Below, piece by piece: positions 59,035-64,000 of a stretch of DNA of 64,000 bases. A program made the translations under genes and the position numbers. Numbering within the stretch: position 1 is the stretch's first letter; each line of letters opens with the position of its first letter. Below the pieces are notes generated by a model. The model was given only the letters and a program-made list of their open reading frames with translations, ran no database searches and had not been told where the DNA came from. This DNA comes from an uncultured Spirochaetota bacterium (GTDB lineage Bacteria; Spirochaetota; UBA4802; UBA5550), in the NCBI GenBank assembly GCA_963827275.1, contig CAWHAA010000004.1, positions 1-64,000 of the forward strand. Reading direction: 5' to 3'.

Positions 59035-60516
59035 TCAGTTCTGCTTCGTCGATTCGTACCGTATTTTCAGCCGCTGGTGGAGCTCGTTGAACCTGCCTGT
59101 ATCCAGGAGGTCGTACCGCTCGAGAACGCTCTCGTCAATATAATAAAAATTATACTTCCGGTCGTCTATCCCCACCATCATGTTCGCCAGATAAATGATA
59201 TATACCACGTCGCGATATTTCTCGCTGCAGTTCAGGGGCGCGTGGTGGTGCTGTATCGCCTCGATGAGATACGGCGGGAAGTTCCAGTTTTTCGAGATGA
59301 GCGCCCCGATGCTCGAATGGCTGATGCCGATGGATATCTCCTCCATGGTGGTGGTCGTTATCTTGCGGTTTTCCACGAGGTCGGCGATTCTCCTGACGAG
59401 CTTCTTGTCCGTGGCCAGGAGGATGATTTTCCCCAGGTCGTGAAGGAGCCCCGCCATGTAAACGTTTTCTATGATGGCCGACTGGCGGTAGGATATCGCG
59501 ATGTTGTAGGCGTAGAAGGCGACCTTGTTGCAATGGTCCCATATCGTCTCGAAGCTGCTGTACCGCTCGTTCAGTATCCGACGCGCGTTGCTTGCCACCA
59601 GTATCGCCTCGAGGTTTTTCAGCCCGATGATCACCACGGCGGACTTGATGTCCTCGATGCGCGTCCCGGGCGCGAAGCCGGCCGAATTTGACAGCTTGAT
59701 CACGTCGGTGGAAAGCGCCGGGTCGATCTTCAGCTTCTTGACGATAGTGTCGATTGATGATTCCGGGTCGCGGCAGAGCCGCTGGAGGTGTACGATGTTC
59801 TCGGGAAAGGTGGGGATACCCTCGATCTCTTTGAGTATATGCTGCTTGACCTTTGTCGTGATCTCCCCCGGCTTCAGGACGGAGGGGATGGCAAGCGAGG
59901 TCCTGGTGATCTTGCCCGCGTTTTCGATCCGGTAGCTCAGCGGGTCGATGCCCATGTTCTTCAGCAGCAGGATCGTGAGAACGATGCCGAGTCCCGCACC
60001 CTCGGTGTCGTCTTCGATTTCCGAGTATGCCTCGGAGAAGTCGTTGTACTTCAAGGCCTTGTCGATCCTGAAATTGATGCGATCGAGCTCGACCGGGAGA
60101 ACCGGTGAATTGTTCGAGACCGATATCCGGATCATGTCCGGGGCTGCCTCAAAACATATCTGGACGTAGAGGTCGCTCCGCTTCAGGTCGGCCTCGATGG
60201 AATCGAAGTCGCCGACGACCTTCTTCTTGAATTTGGCCATGCCCTTCTTGTAATCATGCTCGTCGTTTATGTTGAGGTTGGATTTCATGAAAAACGTCCG
60301 CTTGGCGTTGGCCTTGAGCGCGTTGATTATGATCTCCCTGAGGATGGTGACAACGGAATTCAGAAGATAGATCTGGTCGTTCTTAGAGAGCAGCTTCGAG
60401 AGGACGCTGTTGAGGACCATCAGCACTTTTTCGTTTACGTATTTAAACGACAGCCTGAGGGGCTCGCCTTTGTTTATCTTGCTCGAGATAAGCTTTCTGT
60501 TGCTGATGTCATCCAT
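59035..60516 (-). CDS. HATPase-like domain fused to HDOD signalling domain
   Basis: REIIINALKAN and EGAGLG GHKL-type boxes; IPTFP, DPALST..SNSA, AGLLHDLGK, WNFP..IQHHH. Confidence 0.87.
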   Translation of the reverse strand: MDDISNRKLISSKINKGEPLRLSFKYVNEKVLMVLNSVLSKLLSKNDQIYLLNSVVTILREIIINALKANAKRTFFMKSNLNINDEHDYKKGMAKFKKKVVGDFDSIEADLKRSDLYVQICFEAAPDMIRISVSNNSPVLPVELDRINFRIDKALKYNDFSEAYSEIEDDTEGAGLGIVLTILLLKNMGIDPLSYRIENAGKITRTSLAIPSVLKPGEITTKVKQHILKEIEGIPTFPENIVHLQRLCRDPESSIDTIVKKLKIDPALSTDVIKLSNSAGFAPGTRIEDIKSAVVIIGLKNLEAILVASNARRILNERYSSFETIWDHCNKVAFYAYNIAISYRQSAIIENVYMAGLLHDLGKIILLATDKKLVRRIADLVENRKITTTTMEEISIGISHSSIGALISKNWNFPPYLIEAIQHHHAPLNCSEKYRDVVYIIYLANMMVGIDDRKYNFYYIDESVLERYDLLDTGRFNELHQRLKIRYESTKQN

Positions 60517-60608
60517 GCATTTGTCATGTATAAAAGGGATATGGTTATGATTGCGTTTGGCGGGGCTAATTATTTAGGGATAAAACCAATCAGTCAAGCA
60601 ATTAATAT

Positions 60609-61997
60609 TTATTCGGCGGGCCCGTTCTTATCTTCAATGGACTTTCGCGCCATGGCCACCAGCTTATCCCGCTCATTCAGCTCGGGGTTGTCGAGCACCG
60701 TTTCGAGGAGCTCGTTCAGGATACGGCCGATAATCGGGCCGGGCTTCAGGCCGAATTCCTGCATGATGTCGTTCCCGTCTATGTTGAGGTCCCGCACCGA
60801 GAAGGCGTTCTCCGCCTCGATGACGCGGTCGATCCTGGTCTTGAGCCGCTCAATCGGAGCGGGGAGGCCCTTGCGCGCGCCGTTCCCCTTGCGGTCGGCC
60901 ATGCGCAGGGTGAAGAGGTTGCCGATATTGTCCAGGCCCACCTTGCGGATGAAGCGGCGCACGGCGCCGTCGGTCCACTCGTCGGTATAGTGGAACATGT
61001 GGTTCAGTATCAAGTTGTTGACGATGTCCACCTGCTCGTTCGAGAACTTGAGGCGCTTCATGATCCGCTTGACCATCTTTGCGCCCACCACTTCATGGTT
61101 ATAGAAGGTGAAGTCCCCGTCCTCTCCCGGTTGCCGGGTGGGGATCTTGCCGATATCGTGGAGGAGCGCCGCGAGCCTGATCATGGGGCTGTCCTTCGGG
61201 GCGGCATCGCATGAGTAGACGCTGTGGTAGTAGACATCGTATATATGGTACCGGTTCTGCGATACCTCGTAGCAATCGGCGAGCTCCGGCAGGATGACGC
61301 GCAGGAGCCCCGACTTCCGGAGGTACTCGATGCCCACGGAGGGCGTTTCCGCTTCGAGGATCTTGAGGAGCTCGTCGCGTATGCGCTCCTTCGAGACCTT
61401 CTGCACCACCTCCAGCGTCTGCGGGATGGCCCGGAGCGTGGCCTCCTCGATCTCGAAGTCCAGCTTTGCGGCGAAGCGGCAGGCGCGTATGGGCCTGAGC
61501 CCGTCCTCGGTAAAGCGCATCACGGGATCGCCGATGGTGCGTATGATCCTGCCGCTGAGGTCCCTGATGCCGTTGACATGGTCGATGATCTCGCCGGTTG
61601 TCGGATCGTATGCGAGCCCGTTGATGGTGAAGTCGCGCCGCTCGATGTCGGTTTTGAGGTCGTTTGAAAACGCGACCGAATCGGGATGGCGGCCGTCGTT
61701 GTACGTGCCGTCCGAACGATAGGTCGTGATTTCAAACTGCCGCTGGTCAATGATGATCGATACGGTGCCGTGCTTGATGCCGGTGGGGATCGACTTCCGG
61801 AATATTCCCATGATCGCATCGGGGTGCGCGTCGGTGGCGAAATCGTAATCGTACACGTCGAGCCCGAGCAGCAGGTCGCGGACCGACCCGCCGACCAGGT
61901 AGCATTCGTAACCGCGGTCGCGGCATTTTTGAATGATGTTCAGTATGGCGGGACTGACTTCATCGGGGATTTTTATATTGAGGTCGATGTCGCTCAT
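60609..61997 (-). CDS. cca: CCA tRNA nucleotidyltransferase with HD domain
   Basis: VGGSVRD..DYDFAT, FEITTYR, DIERRDFTING, EDGLR..RACRF, ERIRDE, LLHDIGK. Consistent with tRNAs here lacking encoded CCA. Confidence 0.92.
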   Translation of the reverse strand: MSDIDLNIKIPDEVSPAILNIIQKCRDRGYECYLVGGSVRDLLLGLDVYDYDFATDAHPDAIMGIFRKSIPTGIKHGTVSIIIDQRQFEITTYRSDGTYNDGRHPDSVAFSNDLKTDIERRDFTINGLAYDPTTGEIIDHVNGIRDLSGRIIRTIGDPVMRFTEDGLRPIRACRFAAKLDFEIEEATLRAIPQTLEVVQKVSKERIRDELLKILEAETPSVGIEYLRKSGLLRVILPELADCYEVSQNRYHIYDVYYHSVYSCDAAPKDSPMIRLAALLHDIGKIPTRQPGEDGDFTFYNHEVVGAKMVKRIMKRLKFSNEQVDIVNNLILNHMFHYTDEWTDGAVRRFIRKVGLDNIGNLFTLRMADRKGNGARKGLPAPIERLKTRIDRVIEAENAFSVRDLNIDGNDIMQEFGLKPGPIIGRILNELLETVLDNPELNERDKLVAMARKSIEDKNGPAE

Positions 61998-62111
61998 GGA
62001 AGGTTATACCGCTGTCCGTAATGTCTGGCCCCGGTTTCGCACGTCGGCCCTCTGTCCTGCCATTAGGTAACAGGGACGGTATTAGTCAATGGATTTTTGG
62101 CGGCGGCCCGG

Positions 62112-63791
62112 CTATCTGATCTCCGTGCCCGCGTAGGGCCGCGCCGTGGCCGGTTTTGACAGCGCGGACTCGTGATTGTAGGGGGTGTCCGGCTTGTAGG
62201 AATCATACGCGCTCACGGAGAAATAATAGAGGACCGTGTTCTGCAGAAACGGGTACGAAAGCTTTCGCGGTTTTTCCCGGTTCCTGTTTTCCTCGATGAT
62301 GTCGTCGGTAATCGTCACCCGGACCTCGTTGCCGGGACCGTTGGTTATCCGGGCGCCGTTGACTGTCGATATGATGCCGTCGGTCCTCCCGGGGCTGGTG
62401 CCGTAGTAGATCCGGTATCCCATGATATCATGGTCGACGTTCTTTTTCCATTTGAGCGTCACGCTGCGGTTGCCCGCCTCCGCGACCTCCACGAACTGGG
62501 GCGGGGCGGGGGGAAGGTCAGGCCGGTAATCGAGCTCGATGCCGGAGATGCGGGGAGCGCGCGCGCCGTCGGGGGACGCGACCAGGTGGGCGCGCCACTG
62601 GTAATACCTGCCGCGGAGATATTCACCTTCGCCGTTTTTCACCAGGAATATCTTTTTCTGGTTGTTTGACACCCGGTACCATTTGACGGCCGTGTCGTTT
62701 TCCGTGAAGAGGCGGTCGGATATCCTGAATTCCATCCAGATGAAGGTGTCCTCGGCGAGCTCCTCCTTCCACCTGAAATCCCGTACCTGGGTGCCGCTCC
62801 CTTCGAACCTGTAGACCGGGCTGGTGACGACGCCCTCGACGTTAAAAGGTATGCGGCCGATCCTTCCGACAGAGTGATAATTCCGGTAGGCGAGCTCTGT
62901 GGTTTTCTCCAGGTCCTCGTAGTGGCGGTAGGATATCCTGAATTCATCGATGCAGCCTGAAAAGTTCGCGCCGATCGTGGCGGGCGGCGAGTCAAGGCAG
63001 CGGAGCCTGCCGTCGGCGCCGCGGTAGCCGAAGGACGGGGCGTACACGCCGTTGAACGGCTCGCCGCTTTCCGTCGCGTACCGGACCTCCTCTTCCTGCC
63101 CGTCAACCAGCTTGGTCAGCTTCCCGCTGAGACGGTCGAAGCTGAGGCTGAAATGCGTCCATTTCATCTTTGCGACGCGGCGGCCGCGCCGGAGCACCAC
63201 GTCATAGCGGTCGGAGGTGGGCTTGTCGAAGATGCCGTACAGCCCCGCGACGACCGTTCCGTTCTCGATGAATACCTCGATGCCCCTCCGCGTCCCGGAA
63301 AAATAGCCGACCCGCGAGAAGAGCATGCTCCCGTCGCGTACCTCGTACGGCTTGAACCTGAATTCGATCATAAAGGAGCCAAGGTCTTCGCAGGAGCCGA
63401 GCCACCCGGCGCGCGTGGTTTCCACCGATACGCCGTGCTCTTTCTTGAAAAAGCCGGCGCAGCCTTTACCGAGCGCGCCGTCACCTGTCACGAAATCGTA
63501 GCCGCGCCGGGTAACGCGGTAGTGGCGGGCGTCATCGCGCGCAAGGCGTGACGGCGGCGTATTGAACGAGAGCACGATGTCGGTTATGAAGAGGTCGCTT
63601 GCTTTTCGGTAGGAGAGGTCCTTTACCGTGTAGAGCGCCCCGCCGCCGGGTCCCGCCATGGCCACGGCGTTATGCAGTGATTTTTTCGGTACGCGCGTAA
63701 ACGCGATGGTCCCGCTTGAATCGGGGCGGGGAGACAGGATAAGGGTGCAGAGCACAATGGTCAGGAGCAGTCGCGTTTTGGTCTCAGGCAT
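62112..63791 (-). CDS. Exported LamG-like plus fibronectin type III domain protein
   Basis: Signal peptide; GSFMIEFRF..KWTHF..IGANFSGCIDEFRIS LamG; PPAPP..SVTLKW..GYRIYYG..YYFSVSAYD FN3. Confidence 0.85.
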   Translation of the reverse strand: MPETKTRLLLTIVLCTLILSPRPDSSGTIAFTRVPKKSLHNAVAMAGPGGGALYTVKDLSYRKASDLFITDIVLSFNTPPSRLARDDARHYRVTRRGYDFVTGDGALGKGCAGFFKKEHGVSVETTRAGWLGSCEDLGSFMIEFRFKPYEVRDGSMLFSRVGYFSGTRRGIEVFIENGTVVAGLYGIFDKPTSDRYDVVLRRGRRVAKMKWTHFSLSFDRLSGKLTKLVDGQEEEVRYATESGEPFNGVYAPSFGYRGADGRLRCLDSPPATIGANFSGCIDEFRISYRHYEDLEKTTELAYRNYHSVGRIGRIPFNVEGVVTSPVYRFEGSGTQVRDFRWKEELAEDTFIWMEFRISDRLFTENDTAVKWYRVSNNQKKIFLVKNGEGEYLRGRYYQWRAHLVASPDGARAPRISGIELDYRPDLPPAPPQFVEVAEAGNRSVTLKWKKNVDHDIMGYRIYYGTSPGRTDGIISTVNGARITNGPGNEVRVTITDDIIEENRNREKPRKLSYPFLQNTVLYYFSVSAYDSYKPDTPYNHESALSKPATARPYAGTEIR

Positions 63792-63852
63792 GGCGCCTTC
63801 CCCCGGATCTATTTTTTTTCTGATATGCCGCAATGGCCGCGTGCCGGTATCG

Positions 63853-64000
63853 CTACGGTGTCGTTTCAAGCCCGTGAATTTTATCTATCCTTTTCTGGTG
63901 GCGACCGCCCTCAAAGGAGGCGTCGAGCCAGGTCGCGATGATCCGCATCGCGAGCTCGTCGCCCAGCACCCTGGCGCCCAGCGCCAGGACATTGGCGTTG
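63853..64000 (-). CDS. rpiB: Ribose 5-phosphate isomerase B, C-terminal part (5' end outside window)
   Basis: NANVLALGARVLGDELAMRIIATWLDASFEGGRHQKRIDKI. Confidence 0.93.
   Translation of the reverse strand, partial: NANVLALGARVLGDELAMRIIATWLDASFEGGRHQKRIDKIHGLETTP

Overview
High-GC (roughly 60% by eye) bacterial chromosomal window with about 55 CDS and three tRNA genes (Ser-TGA, Ser-GCT and a truncated Arg-ACG). I see no rRNA, CRISPR array, integrase or transposase. Gene architectures (tandem cNMP-TPR-cNMP protein, HATPase-HDOD, 7TM-DISM-PP2C pair, rpiB/LamG-FN3/cca order, many lipoproteins) suggest a free-living, probably anaerobic Spirochaetota (Leptospirae-like) genome; this is inference. 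Most of the window is housekeeping, signalling and metabolic genes. argB, murJ, a large CoA-dehydratase activase and a small lipoprotein are split by single-base frameshifts, most likely assembly errors. The best candidate for an undescribed system is the divergent nagB-DUF4954-hisF / eukaryote-type UAP locus. The DUF4954 beta-helix keeps residues that line up by eye with the GlmU acetyltransferase active site, suggesting a split, GlmU-independent route to UDP-GlcNAc. Other leads are a HEAT-repeat protein with a catalytically dead class III cyclase domain, a 1394-aa mosaic lipoprotein with a promoter and operator-like palindrome, a secreted RNase-toxin-like protein beside a Zn-ribbon protein, a CDS wedged inside a tRNA cluster, a 44-bp perfect palindrome, a 94-bp MITE-like element, four clustered radical SAM genes and a His/Cys-rich lipoprotein. 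All family calls come from recognising motifs by eye; no database searches were run.
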